Of a DNA stretch of 64,000 nt, positions 49,481 to 58,308 are shown piece after piece (the first letter of the stretch is position 1; the number at the start of each line of letters is the position of its first letter). The notes under the pieces were generated by a model. The model saw only the letters and a program-made list of their open reading frames with translations. It was not told the DNA's origin and ran no database searches. The position numbers and the translations under genes are program-made. Source of the stretch: a virus (taxonomy: Duplodnaviria > Caudoviricetes); IMG/VR virus record IMGVR_UViG_3300048995_000010, positions 1 through 64,000 of that record. One strand, written 5' to 3'.

Positions 49481-49897
49481 CTACTTGCAGAACAGATATA
49501 TGAATGATGTGATTATTGATAGATGCTTCAGTACTGCGCTCAGTAGTCTTGGTTCTATATGCAGTATGCCGGCCACTTTACGCTGCAGTATATCCCACTG
49601 AGCTGTAAATCCAATGTAGAACCACTCCCGTTTTAGTACCCAGGTGTTAACTGCTCCATCCAGAAAGTACCAGATGAGTGCCCAAGTGAGCAGGCCGTAA
49701 GCAGCTCCCCACAACAGTGAAATGGACACTCCCATCCATATGTGTATGAAACCCCCAGCCGCGTGCCACCATTTCTTCTGCAAATTGTCCTGCACAGTAT
49801 TGTTTGGCGTAATTGTGTCCTTTAGGAAGAATACCATCTGTAAGATAAGTGAAGCCACTCCTGTAAGTATCCACAGGAAGATGAGAATTTCTTTCAT
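49481..49897 (-). CDS. multi-pass membrane protein
   Basis: Several hydrophobic segments; WWH..GGFIH, YIGFTAQWD motifs. Confidence 0.65.
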   Translation of the reverse strand: MKEILIFLWILTGVASLILQMVFFLKDTITPNNTVQDNLQKKWWHAAGGFIHIWMGVSISLLWGAAYGLLTWALIWYFLDGAVNTWVLKREWFYIGFTAQWDILQRKVAGILHIEPRLLSAVLKHLSIITSFIYLFCK

Positions 49898-50285
49898 AAG
49901 AAGATTTTTTAGGTAGGGTAGCACCCCCGTCAGATTTAGCTTCTGTACCCCTGAGCCATGGAAGACATAACACAGTAATAGCCAAAGCTACAAATAGAAT
50001 ACTCAGGCCTAACTCCCCTCTCCAGTTTTTACCAAACCAGGCGCCAGTTTCGTTGACATAAGCCAGGAGCAAAAACAAGAGACAAAGGATGATCCCTACC
50101 CATACCAGGAGCCAGAAGTGAGGTACAAGCGCTACTGCTTCCCAGCCGGTAATGGTATACGTTTTAGTGTAAGAGGAGTAGGTACTTGAGGTGTTCAGGA
50201 ATCGGTTTGCTGCATAGATTAGCATCGCCAGGATTACTGGAAGTAATAGCCAGGCCGGATTGATCTTTTTGCTTTTTGTTGTCAT
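49647..50285 (-). CDS. membrane protein (3 TM); the C-terminal tail overlaps the next gene
   Basis: Hydrophobic N-terminal ~120 aa; CAACAGC-ATG leader. Confidence 0.55.
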   Translation of the reverse strand: MTTKSKKINPAWLLLPVILAMLIYAANRFLNTSSTYSSYTKTYTITGWEAVALVPHFWLLVWVGIILCLLFLLLAYVNETGAWFGKNWRGELGLSILFVALAITVLCLPWLRGTEAKSDGGATLPKKSSYERNSHLPVDTYRSGFTYLTDGILPKGHNYAKQYCAGQFAEEMVARGWGFHTHMDGSVHFTVVGSCLRPAHLGTHLVLSGWSS

Positions 50286-50307
50286 GCTGTTGATTTTTGA
50301 TGATAAA

Positions 50308-50934
50308 TTATTTGATTCTCCAGAGTGGTTGATAGAATGTTACCCCTTTATGCCACTGCCCATTCATACGAAGAATGTCTACTTTAAAGTGTTGTCCCTT
50401 CCTGTTAATGTATCCCAGGTCCAGGTGTCCCCCTGAGAACAGGATAGTCTTGGAATTATAGAATCCACCACCAAAGTAGACCATGGCAGGTGCTACTGTT
50501 TTTGTAACAGTCTCACTATAAACCTGTACATCCCATTGCCTGCCTATAATGTCATTATTATATACAGAGTCTGTCAAATTAATTCTAGCCCCCCGGGTAA
50601 TGAAACTGTCCTTCTTTATTCTCAGGGAGTAGTAATCCCGGATAATAGCCTCTGTATCCACTTTGACTGGGATATCCTTGACTGTTTCCCACTTACTCCC
50701 ATCTACCTCAAAAGCCTTGGGTAAGTCTGGATAGATGACTGCACCAGGCCTGTATACTGTATCTGTTCCCGGGTGAGTTACTACCTGATACTTCTTTAGA
50801 ATAGCCTGGGTATCTACACTCAATACTGCTGGATTGTCTGATTGCTTTGGTTGTTTGGTGCACTGCTGCAAGTAGAGAATGTAGATAACCAAGCCTACGA
50901 TGATAGCACCTGCTGTTGGTATTTTGTAATTCAT
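50308..50934 (-). CDS. putative spanin-like / outer-membrane lysis protein
   Basis: N-terminal TM ending LQQC, DT-rich stalk, amphipathic beta-strand C-terminus; next to holin-like genes. Confidence 0.45.
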   Translation of the reverse strand: MNYKIPTAGAIIVGLVIYILYLQQCTKQPKQSDNPAVLSVDTQAILKKYQVVTHPGTDTVYRPGAVIYPDLPKAFEVDGSKWETVKDIPVKVDTEAIIRDYYSLRIKKDSFITRGARINLTDSVYNNDIIGRQWDVQVYSETVTKTVAPAMVYFGGGFYNSKTILFSGGHLDLGYINRKGQHFKVDILRMNGQWHKGVTFYQPLWRIK

Positions 50935-51314
50935 AGATCTGTTTCCTGTTTTCCGTCTGCAATATTAGTTTTCTTGTCGACGATATGGAGTATTGCCTTA
51001 CGATACTTACTGAGCCTGGTAGCAATACCAGATCCAATGAATCCTACTCCACAGGCTCCCCATCTGATCTTTTCAATCCAGGTAGGTTTCCAGTTAAGTA
51101 TCTCTGGAAGTCCTATCAGAATGATAATACCAATGAGTTGTACTGTAATAAAGATGTTCCAGTCCCGATTCCACCATCTTCTTAAGGAGAAATCTTCATT
51201 GGATTTTTGATAGAGTTCTCTGAGGGCAGGTACATCAATGGCAAAGAAACATACTGCTTGTCCTAGTAAAAACATGAGGACAATCCAAATGTAAAGTTCT
51301 GTTGTAATTGTCAT
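50931..51314 (-). CDS. putative holin
   Basis: 127 aa, ~3 TM segments, basic/charged C-terminus. Confidence 0.55.
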   Translation of the reverse strand: MTITTELYIWIVLMFLLGQAVCFFAIDVPALRELYQKSNEDFSLRRWWNRDWNIFITVQLIGIIILIGLPEILNWKPTWIEKIRWGACGVGFIGSGIATRLSKYRKAILHIVDKKTNIADGKQETDL

Positions 51315-51319
51315 AGGGA

Positions 51320-51628
51320 TTATTTTGAGAGTGATTGATCTAATTTTTGTTGAGCTTCTATCCTAATGGTTCTTTCTCTAACATCTCTCATATCCAGTTG
51401 TATCTGGTTTATATAGAGTTTGTTGTCATTCATATAATTCGTCTGTTGTAGGTCATGTTCCTGGAGTTTAGTAACATCATTATTGATCTTGAAGAGGAAT
51501 CCAGCACAGGCGATTATTCCCCCGGAAGCTATTGATAGTAGAAAGCTATGCCAGTCTATCCTCTTTGTTTCCTGTGATGATCCGTTTGCTGATGCCATGA
51601 GTGCGATTTTTGGTTGTGTTGATTGCAT
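51320..51628 (-). CDS. single-TM coiled-coil protein (holin/antiholin-like)
   Basis: One TM then a coiled coil ending ERTIRIE. Confidence 0.5.
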   Translation of the reverse strand: MQSTQPKIALMASANGSSQETKRIDWHSFLLSIASGGIIACAGFLFKINNDVTKLQEHDLQQTNYMNDNKLYINQIQLDMRDVRERTIRIEAQQKLDQSLSK

Positions 51629-51648
51629 ATGACGATTTAGGTTTTAGC

Positions 51649-54600
51649 TCAACGAACTCTACGGGCTCTTATAGAACCAACGAACTGTGGATTTCCTACA
51701 GTAAATGACGACTGTGTATTCAGGTAGTACGTAGTCGTACCACTTAATGAAACTCTATAAGATGGTATTGCATCAGAAAATTTCGATGTACCCAGTAAGG
51801 CCGCTTGTGGAACATAACTTATATTCTGACCTTCAGTAGCACCTGACGCACTTGCAGTCGTTGTACTTACAACAAAGATGGCATTTGAAGCTGCTGTTAT
51901 TGTCGCTGAATTTGAATTGTAAGTAAAGAATGCAGACAGATCCCAATCACCAGCTGTCAGTGTGATGGATGTTATGTTCTGATACGTAGCAGTTGTAGTG
52001 TAGTTGGTATATGTACTGATAGTGGAATTTACTTCTTCCCCAATGTTTCCTACTACTGCATTGTTATTGGTTGCTGTTCCTACAATTGAATTAGTGGTTC
52101 CGAATGTTGCATTACCATTCCCGTCTAAGGTCATTATAGTAGCTAAAGACCCACTGTTTACTCCTGTGATATAGAATTGAGAAGTCCTGGTAGCATGTGT
52201 AGCATCAGTCCATTTCCATATTAACTGACCAGCAGTAGGTGTAAAATGACCATCATCTTCTATTACTAAATCAAGTGATCCACCAATACCATTCGCAGCA
52301 GTACCCGTACTAGATCTATCTAGCTGTAATACTTCCTGAATAGTATTTGTTGATGAGGGTGTTGAATATATCTTTGCCCCTCTCATACTATTACTGCTTA
52401 TTACTGCCCCTTCACTGTTTTGCCCTGTGGCTATTAGTCCAGTGCTTGTCCCGAATGCTCTTAGACCTATATTGGTAGATTGTGCGTCAACGCCAATTAG
52501 TGATCCAATTGAATACAACCCAGTACTGGTTGTACCACTATTGACTATAGAGACAAGTGTATCTGAATTATTAGTACCATCAAACCTGAGTGTAAATCCA
52601 CCACTTGATACATTTCTATCTGCCACCAGTGTCCCATTACCATTATATATCGTAGTGGTAGTTCCTGCTGCAACTGTGTCTCTAAGAGATAACAAACCAT
52701 TTGCATCCGCAACTATCATCTTTATGGTACCGGAGGTAGTCGGTGGGGTGCTGCCGGTTGCAAGTCCGGGAATGAATATCTTTCCCAAATCTGTATTATC
52801 TATTCTGAAAGTCCTAGTGAAAGTAGTGCTATCTGTATTGTCGATGAATCCAAAATCAAAAGTTCTTCCGGTAAATCCATCCGTAAAGAATCTCAGTGCG
52901 CCTGTTCCTGACCCGGAGAAACCCATCCCAAACCTTAGATGTAAGCCCCCGCCGTCACCCCTATATATCAGCCATTTCTGATCATCAATCACATTATCTC
53001 CTTTTATAGTAAGGCCACTGTTCATCGAGACAGTATTATTAAAATCAGACGTAGGCGTCACTTTTAAATGTGTTAATATCTCCGTATTTATATTATCAAC
53101 ATGAAATATATGTGTCGCTATAGTGCTATCTGAATTATCTATTTTGTCCACAGTGAACCCGGTACCATTAAATCCATCGACAAATGCTCTTAGCGTTCCA
53201 CCGCTACCGTAAGTTCCCAAATCGAATCCGTAATGCTGTGTGAGTCCACCGCCACTACCTCTATACAAAGTCCATTTAAAAGGTGTAAGGTCAGCGTCTC
53301 CTCTTATTATTAACCCCTTTCGTATAGTGGTAGCATTTAAGATATCACCAACAAGATTCAATGTCCCGCCTATATATTGTGTCCCATGAGTTGAGTCATC
53401 ACCTAAGTTATCAACCCCGCGCAGATATGTTCTACCAAAGTTTGTGATTGCCTTGAACACATGCAGCACATTGGCTTTTACATACTGTACGGAATCAAGT
53501 ACTGTTGAATTTAATAATCCTGTTGCTAGACTTAGTTGTCCTTTTATACTTAGATGCACACTATCATTGATTAGATTGTCATGATCCGCGTCCAGATGTG
53601 TGAAGGAATCAAAGCACTTTACTCCCTTTTCTGCACATACATGCATTGTTGCAAGTCTTAAATTTCTATCACATGCAATATTTGATGGATTGGGCGTACC
53701 GGTTAGAACAACTATTTTCTCTAAAGGATATGACCTGTTAATATGCAATGAATCTATCATCGCAATAAGGTGTGTACGCCAGGTAGTGCTATCTGTGTTG
53801 AATATTGAACATTCGTTGACTTGATAGTTACCTATAAGTAGATATCTGGTTGACTGATCATATACAGGAATAGTGGGTAGCTTGGCTTCCATTGATGAAT
53901 CACATGTAAGTCCACATCCCCCATGATTGATGAGGGTGGTGCCACTTGTCGCTCTGTTGTTGTTATACAAACCCAAACTGGCAGCAACTTGTTCAACCCA
54001 TATAGCCTTTTGAATAGGATCACCAGGAATAACTCCGGCATCAATACTAACTCCAAATGTTAGCATTGATTCAGTCCACCCAACCCGGGCAGTGTCCTTA
54101 TTACTGAACTGACCATTGGTAGCTAAAACATAATGACCTTGAAAGATGGTGTCATGTTTTGTCTGTACTGATCCCTGATCAAAAGTTTGCTGCAGTGTTT
54201 GACTACCCCCACTCCCGGCAGGCGTTGTAAAAGTACCATCTTCAGAAAGATACTTTGTAGATGAGGGAGATCCGGATGCTGCAGGTACAAGTCCCTTTAA
54301 ACTAGCGCCGAATGTATTAAGTTCTGCAGTCAACTGTGTAGCAGTAAGATCAATTGCATTAGCAGTGGAACCTGTGTTATTCCCCTTGAATGTATGAGCT
54401 GCCATCTGTGCAGTCTTTGCATTAGTAACAGCATTACTACTTATGGTTGCAGCAACTGAGCCTGGCCCAGTGAATACAACATCTCCTGTTCCGGCTGTAA
54501 CATAGTTACCTGTTGGTTGCTTACCATTTATCTGAGTCTGAAGTGCAGAAGTTACCCCTGATGAATAAGATAGTTCAGTAGCTGTTACTATAGAATGAAT

Positions 54601-55650
54601 TGGGATACCATTGGCATCTGAAATGAGTGCCCTGGCTGCTGTGATAGCGGCAGCTTCTACAATGGCGCCACCTGAGGATTGCATCACCCTATTATTGGAA
54701 AGTGCAGTAGAAGAATTAGTACCCCCCAGAGAGATAGGTACTGTAGTAATTGAAATAGCACCGGTAGATGAGTTATATGATATAGGAGAGATTCCCGAGA
54801 GAAGTCCTCTGGTGAATGACTGATTGAGAAACAGCGAATCTCCTGAAAAAGAAATACCACCACCTGCTTTATTAAATGTTCCCGATCCACCCCCGGAAGA
54901 CGCCGGCCGTACTTCAAGCATACCTGTAGACCTGTTCAAAAACAAAGTGGAATCAGCCGTGGTAGCATTAGCTGGAATGAAGGGGAGTATCAGTTGTCTC
55001 AGTAGGATGGTATCATTGAGATCTATTGCCGGATTACCGGATACTCCTGTAGGATTGACAATCGAGATATTCGTAGAACCTGCAATGAACTGCCGGGAAG
55101 CAGTGGTACCCAGGGCAGTCCTGACTACTAAACCATTCGATCCCGGGTCAGGTAACTTGGCATTAAAAATCACCCAGTCTGCCTGTGACAGGTAACCTGA
55201 GACTGTACCGGTAGCAACTGGGATAGATATAACTCCAGTGACACCGTTATATAATAAAGGAGTGGATGCACTGAACTGTGATCTTACTTTGAGTCCGAAG
55301 TTGGATATAGAAGAAGTATCGAAAGTTTGAACAGAGGACTGTGCAAGAGTCTTCCATACTTGAGCTGGATTGCCAATTTCCAGTGCAAGGGAATCTGTGT
55401 TATATCTGAGGATGTACTTACTCGCAGGAACAGTGGGCCGTTGAGCGGTGGTCCCGGGTGGAGTAGTAAGGTCATACCCGGAAGTTGTGATGTTTGTAAG
55501 TGCATTGTAGATGGAATAGTTTGGGAGTTGTTTGAACCGGTAATCCTTGGAGAATACCGAATCTGTAATGACTTTTTGAAAAACTCCTATCTGAGCATGG
55601 CTGATCAAAAACAACACCATACTCAAAAGAAATAGTACGCTACGTTTCAT
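51649..55650 (-). CDS. tail-fibre/spike-like protein with Sec signal peptide and SGNH esterase domain
   Basis: Start MKRSVLFLLSMVLFLISHA|Q; S/T/G-rich fibre repeats; SGNH blocks FGVSI, ATSGTT, QVNE, DSVH; ends SIRARRVR. Confidence 0.72.
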   Translation of the reverse strand: MKRSVLFLLSMVLFLISHAQIGVFQKVITDSVFSKDYRFKQLPNYSIYNALTNITTSGYDLTTPPGTTAQRPTVPASKYILRYNTDSLALEIGNPAQVWKTLAQSSVQTFDTSSISNFGLKVRSQFSASTPLLYNGVTGVISIPVATGTVSGYLSQADWVIFNAKLPDPGSNGLVVRTALGTTASRQFIAGSTNISIVNPTGVSGNPAIDLNDTILLRQLILPFIPANATTADSTLFLNRSTGMLEVRPASSGGGSGTFNKAGGGISFSGDSLFLNQSFTRGLLSGISPISYNSSTGAISITTVPISLGGTNSSTALSNNRVMQSSGGAIVEAAAITAARALISDANGIPIHSIVTATELSYSSGVTSALQTQINGKQPTGNYVTAGTGDVVFTGPGSVAATISSNAVTNAKTAQMAAHTFKGNNTGSTANAIDLTATQLTAELNTFGASLKGLVPAASGSPSSTKYLSEDGTFTTPAGSGGSQTLQQTFDQGSVQTKHDTIFQGHYVLATNGQFSNKDTARVGWTESMLTFGVSIDAGVIPGDPIQKAIWVEQVAASLGLYNNNRATSGTTLINHGGCGLTCDSSMEAKLPTIPVYDQSTRYLLIGNYQVNECSIFNTDSTTWRTHLIAMIDSLHINRSYPLEKIVVLTGTPNPSNIACDRNLRLATMHVCAEKGVKCFDSFTHLDADHDNLINDSVHLSIKGQLSLATGLLNSTVLDSVQYVKANVLHVFKAITNFGRTYLRGVDNLGDDSTHGTQYIGGTLNLVGDILNATTIRKGLIIRGDADLTPFKWTLYRGSGGGLTQHYGFDLGTYGSGGTLRAFVDGFNGTGFTVDKIDNSDSTIATHIFHVDNINTEILTHLKVTPTSDFNNTVSMNSGLTIKGDNVIDDQKWLIYRGDGGGLHLRFGMGFSGSGTGALRFFTDGFTGRTFDFGFIDNTDSTTFTRTFRIDNTDLGKIFIPGLATGSTPPTTSGTIKMIVADANGLLSLRDTVAAGTTTTIYNGNGTLVADRNVSSGGFTLRFDGTNNSDTLVSIVNSGTTSTGLYSIGSLIGVDAQSTNIGLRAFGTSTGLIATGQNSEGAVISSNSMRGAKIYSTPSSTNTIQEVLQLDRSSTGTAANGIGGSLDLVIEDDGHFTPTAGQLIWKWTDATHATRTSQFYITGVNSGSLATIMTLDGNGNATFGTTNSIVGTATNNNAVVGNIGEEVNSTISTYTNYTTTATYQNITSITLTAGDWDLSAFFTYNSNSATITAASNAIFVVSTTTASASGATEGQNISYVPQAALLGTSKFSDAIPSYRVSLSGTTTYYLNTQSSFTVGNPQFVGSIRARRVR

Positions 55651-55667
55651 CTGGGTGAGATTTTGTT

Positions 55668-55675
55668 CAAATGTA
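55668..55675 (-). promoter_or_regulatory. canonical -7 box TACATTTG
   Basis: Exact TAnnTTTG 17 nt upstream of ATG 55650, which supports that start. Confidence 0.6.
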
Positions 55676-55685
55676 CCCATTATAT

Positions 55686-55735
55686 AAAAACCCTCATACA
55701 AAGTACTGGAAATGCCGTACTAATGAATGAGGGTT
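55686..55735 (-). terminator. terminator
   Basis: AACCCTCAT...ATGAGGGTT stem followed by T run. Confidence 0.6.
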
Positions 55736-55762
55736 GTGACGTATATATGTTCTATAGCCTTG

Positions 55763-56056
55763 TTACTGCTTCGGTTTAGTCTGACGAAGCTGACTATTCA
55801 ATGTGGAATCATTTGCCTGATTGACCAGGAAGTCTGCCATCTCATTAGCAGTTTTTGCATCTACCATCTGTGTATAACGGATCAGGTATACCAGGGTGTT
55901 GAAGTTGGGAACCGGTATCCTGAGATTTACCATGGGCTGAAGTGGCTGTGCTTGAGTTGTTGGTTGAGGGATTTCCTTCTTCTCTTTGTTTTTGGTCTGA
56001 GCCTGTAGGGATAATGCAAAAACAAAGGAAAGGGATAGTACTGTGATGCGTTTCAT
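55763..56056 (-). CDS. secreted small protein
   Basis: MKRITVLSLSFVFALSLQA|Q signal peptide; TATCTTCA box at 56071-56078. Confidence 0.7.
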   Translation of the reverse strand: MKRITVLSLSFVFALSLQAQTKNKEKKEIPQPTTQAQPLQPMVNLRIPVPNFNTLVYLIRYTQMVDAKTANEMADFLVNQANDSTLNSQLRQTKPKQ

Positions 56057-56078
56057 AGCTGTTGTTTTGATGAAGATA

Positions 56079-56816
56079 TTATGAATTGATCAATTGTGGT
56101 AATCCTGCCATGTATGTCTTTAGCATTCTGTGTAATTTATGATTCCATCTGGCATCAGCCAAGGCATGGTGCTCATTATCTCCAGGTACATTATCATCCT
56201 TCCATTGTTTAGTGAGAGATAGTTCATCCATCATCTGCTTGAGATCTCGGCAGTACATCGGATAACCTTTAGGGAGATCCAGCATTCTATCAAAGAGTGA
56301 ACAGAATAAGACCCAGTCATAGTCTGCGTAGTAACCATAGAACACAGGAGTATCTATTGGATCAGGATTTTCCTTGAGCAGTCCTCGGAATTTAACCTGA
56401 CTAGTGAAATCCTCAATTTCTTTTGCTATCTGTTTGTTGCTTTTACCAAATTGTGCAATCAGTTGTTTCAAGTGAGAATAGGTGAATGTCTCCCAGCATG
56501 AGGTATACTCTTTCTGTGCTCCAGTGATCTGCTTTCTGAGATGTAACCATAGGGGCTTGAGTACATTCTCCCGTAGCCAATACACTTTTACAGGAGGATC
56601 TCCCATCTCCAGTTGTGACTTCAAATCATACTTATTCCATACATGCTTCAAGTCAAACTCATTGGACACCGCGTAGTAGTCTCTACCATCTTCAGCTACG
56701 ATACCAATAGAGATTAGATCAATGTAGTGTCTGGGCTTCTCCCGTTTAAAGTCAGGAATAACCAGACAACTATTTGTAAAGTCTTCAATAAATTCCGTGT
56801 CAAGATAGTAATTCAT
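56079..56816 (-). CDS. DEDDh 3'-5' exoribonuclease (Rv2179c-like)
   Basis: YYLDTEF, LISIGIVAEDGR, YADYDWV, HHALADARWN. Confidence 0.88.
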   Translation of the reverse strand: MNYYLDTEFIEDFTNSCLVIPDFKREKPRHYIDLISIGIVAEDGRDYYAVSNEFDLKHVWNKYDLKSQLEMGDPPVKVYWLRENVLKPLWLHLRKQITGAQKEYTSCWETFTYSHLKQLIAQFGKSNKQIAKEIEDFTSQVKFRGLLKENPDPIDTPVFYGYYADYDWVLFCSLFDRMLDLPKGYPMYCRDLKQMMDELSLTKQWKDDNVPGDNEHHALADARWNHKLHRMLKTYMAGLPQLINS

Positions 56817-56832
56817 AGGGCTGTTGTTTCAC

Positions 56833-56863
56833 CGAAGATATAGGATTGCTCTACAAAAACAAA
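56833..56863 (-). promoter_or_regulatory. promoter TTTG-N19-TATCTTCG
   Basis: Bacteroidota -33/-7 architecture upstream of ATG 56816. Confidence 0.6.
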
Positions 56864-56887
56864 ACCCAGGGTGGATACCCCGGGTTT
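56860..56887 (-). terminator. terminator with GTATCCAC loop
   Basis: AAACCCGGG-GTATCCAC-CCTGGGTTT followed by TG. Confidence 0.7.
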
Positions 56888-56978
56888 ATACCCTTTGATA
56901 TACGTTCTTATGAAACAAGAGTTAGCCCCGTTACTGCCGGGGCCTGGTGAGTTTACACCGCTGTACCCTCACCCATTA

Positions 56979-57158
56979 TCAGTATGGTGTTTCCACCTTC
57001 TTTTTCTTGAATGTTATGGTGATGAACAACTGATAGGTTACTACCAGTAGAGTACCGAGACTCCCTGTTCCCAGTGCTTCATCAAAAATTAGAGGAGGGA
57101 GTCCACACAGTAGTGCTTGCTTCTCTCCTGGTACCTTATGCTTTTGGTAGAACTCCAT
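56979..57158 (-). CDS. small membrane protein (59 aa, MEFYQKHK...)
   Basis: Read manually; hydrophobic segment then KKKK. Confidence 0.45.
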   Translation of the reverse strand: MEFYQKHKVPGEKQALLCGLPPLIFDEALGTGSLGTLLVVTYQLFITITFKKKKVETPY

Positions 57159-57507
57159 CTTGCTTTTGTTTTTGATTGACTCTGCAGAGCCTGATGCCGG
57201 CTTCTTCTAATAAAGGAAGTAGTATATCTCTCACATAATGCCTGGAACCCCCACCGGTAAGTTCATGTTTTGCATCTGCTCGTCTTACTACCTCAGTAAC
57301 GGCATCATATGTCTCAGCCTTTGAATTATCCAGAAGTTGTATAGCAGGATCTATTCCAAGAATATGTCTAGCAGCTTTTTTACTATATTCCACTCTTTTT
57401 GGATCATTCTCTTGGAGTTGTTCATATAGTCCCTTTTCAAAGGACTTCTTTAATGCTGGGTCATTATTACCAGTAGGACCATCTGTGAGGGAGTTCCTTT
57501 TATCCAT
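57136..57507 (-). CDS. hypothetical protein (MDKRNSLTDG...)
   Basis: AACAACAGCT-ATG leader and TATCTTCG box (57522-57529) fix the start at 57507, not 57648. Confidence 0.7.
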   Translation of the reverse strand: MDKRNSLTDGPTGNNDPALKKSFEKGLYEQLQENDPKRVEYSKKAARHILGIDPAIQLLDNSKAETYDAVTEVVRRADAKHELTGGGSRHYVRDILLPLLEEAGIRLCRVNQKQKQDGVLPKA

Positions 57508-57530
57508 AGCTGTTGTTTGTTCGAAGATAC

Positions 57531-57615
57531 AAAAACTCCCCAAGTAGAAACAAGGGGAGTAAATCCAATATCCTATAGTGTGATCGCTCACACTTGAAAT
57601 ACCGTAGAAAAACCG
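57531..57615 (-). ncRNA. candidate small RNA
   Basis: Promoter TTTG-N19-TATCTTGT, GNRA hairpin AGTGTGA-GCGA-TCACACT, terminator with GTTTCTAC loop plus T5; no ORF. Confidence 0.5.
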
Positions 57616-57627
57616 GGTACAAGATAC

Positions 57628-57723
57628 AAAAACAAAGAGATCCACCAAATTCCTGATGGATCTCCCCCTTTGCTAAAAATCTTTTATATCATCTCCCTCA
57701 AATGAGAACAAATGTGGTTGACA
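57628..57723 (-). ncRNA. candidate small RNA
   Basis: Promoter TTTG-N20-TATCTTTA, ORF-less body, terminator GAGATCCA..TGGATCTC plus T-rich tail. Confidence 0.5.
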
Positions 57724-57833
57724 CAAGTAAAGATACTACTGTTCTATAGCTTCTTCAAAAACAAGATAGTAGTTCTTGAGAGGCTCAAAGAAATCAGCTG
57801 CAGCAGTATGCTTGTCAATGTGTTTCAATTCCT

Positions 57834-58151
57834 CTATGGTGCGATTATAACCTGTTTAGTCTCCAGTAATTTCTTGAACTCCTGCTTTGATACAAAAACA
57901 AAGTCAGAGGGCACAATCACCCCATTATACACCTTCTGGAATAATCTCTCCAGTTCCTGCTGTCTCAACTGCTTACGTAGTAGGTGACATGCCTCTGCAG
58001 CCTTAGCCTGACAGATCTGTCTGAACTGCTCGCGTTTTTGTTGAGCCTCATACTCCTTCGAACCCATGTATAGAGTACGTTGGTTCCTGTCCTGTGCATA
58101 CATGGAGTCTGCAGCTTCTTTCATGTTGTCTATTAGTGATGGGTTACTCAT
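57834..58151 (-). CDS. hypothetical protein (MSNPSLIDN...)
   Basis: Start overlaps the upstream stop; helical. Confidence 0.6.
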   Translation of the reverse strand: MSNPSLIDNMKEAADSMYAQDRNQRTLYMGSKEYEAQQKREQFRQICQAKAAEACHLLRKQLRQQELERLFQKVYNGVIVPSDFVFVSKQEFKKLLETKQVIIAP

Positions 58152-58308
58152 TGTCTGTGTTTTTATTGTACCGGTTAACCATTTCATCAATGATAGGATC
58201 TGTACCTTCTTCCACCATAGTAATAAAGAATGCGGTTTTATTCCACCAACCATCTTCAAATTTCATGGTGAAGGTTTGTCCTCCTATACCTGGTCTATCA
58301 TCTTCCAT
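58144..58308 (-). CDS. small hypothetical protein (MEDDRPG...)
   Basis: Overlap-coupled chain of small ORFs. Confidence 0.55.
   Translation of the reverse strand: MEDDRPGIGGQTFTMKFEDGWWNKTAFFITMVEEGTDPIIDEMVNRYNKNTDNE

Noticed and set aside
50708-51037. Embedded alternative-frame ORF as an o-spanin
   Set aside because: No hydrophobic signal or lipobox.
57508-57648. N-terminal extensions in the ORF track (also starts 2244, 18786, 36315, 49423, 55701, 58984, 59550, 59567)
   Set aside because: They run through promoters, terminators or neighbouring genes. Downstream ATGs with A-rich leaders fit better.
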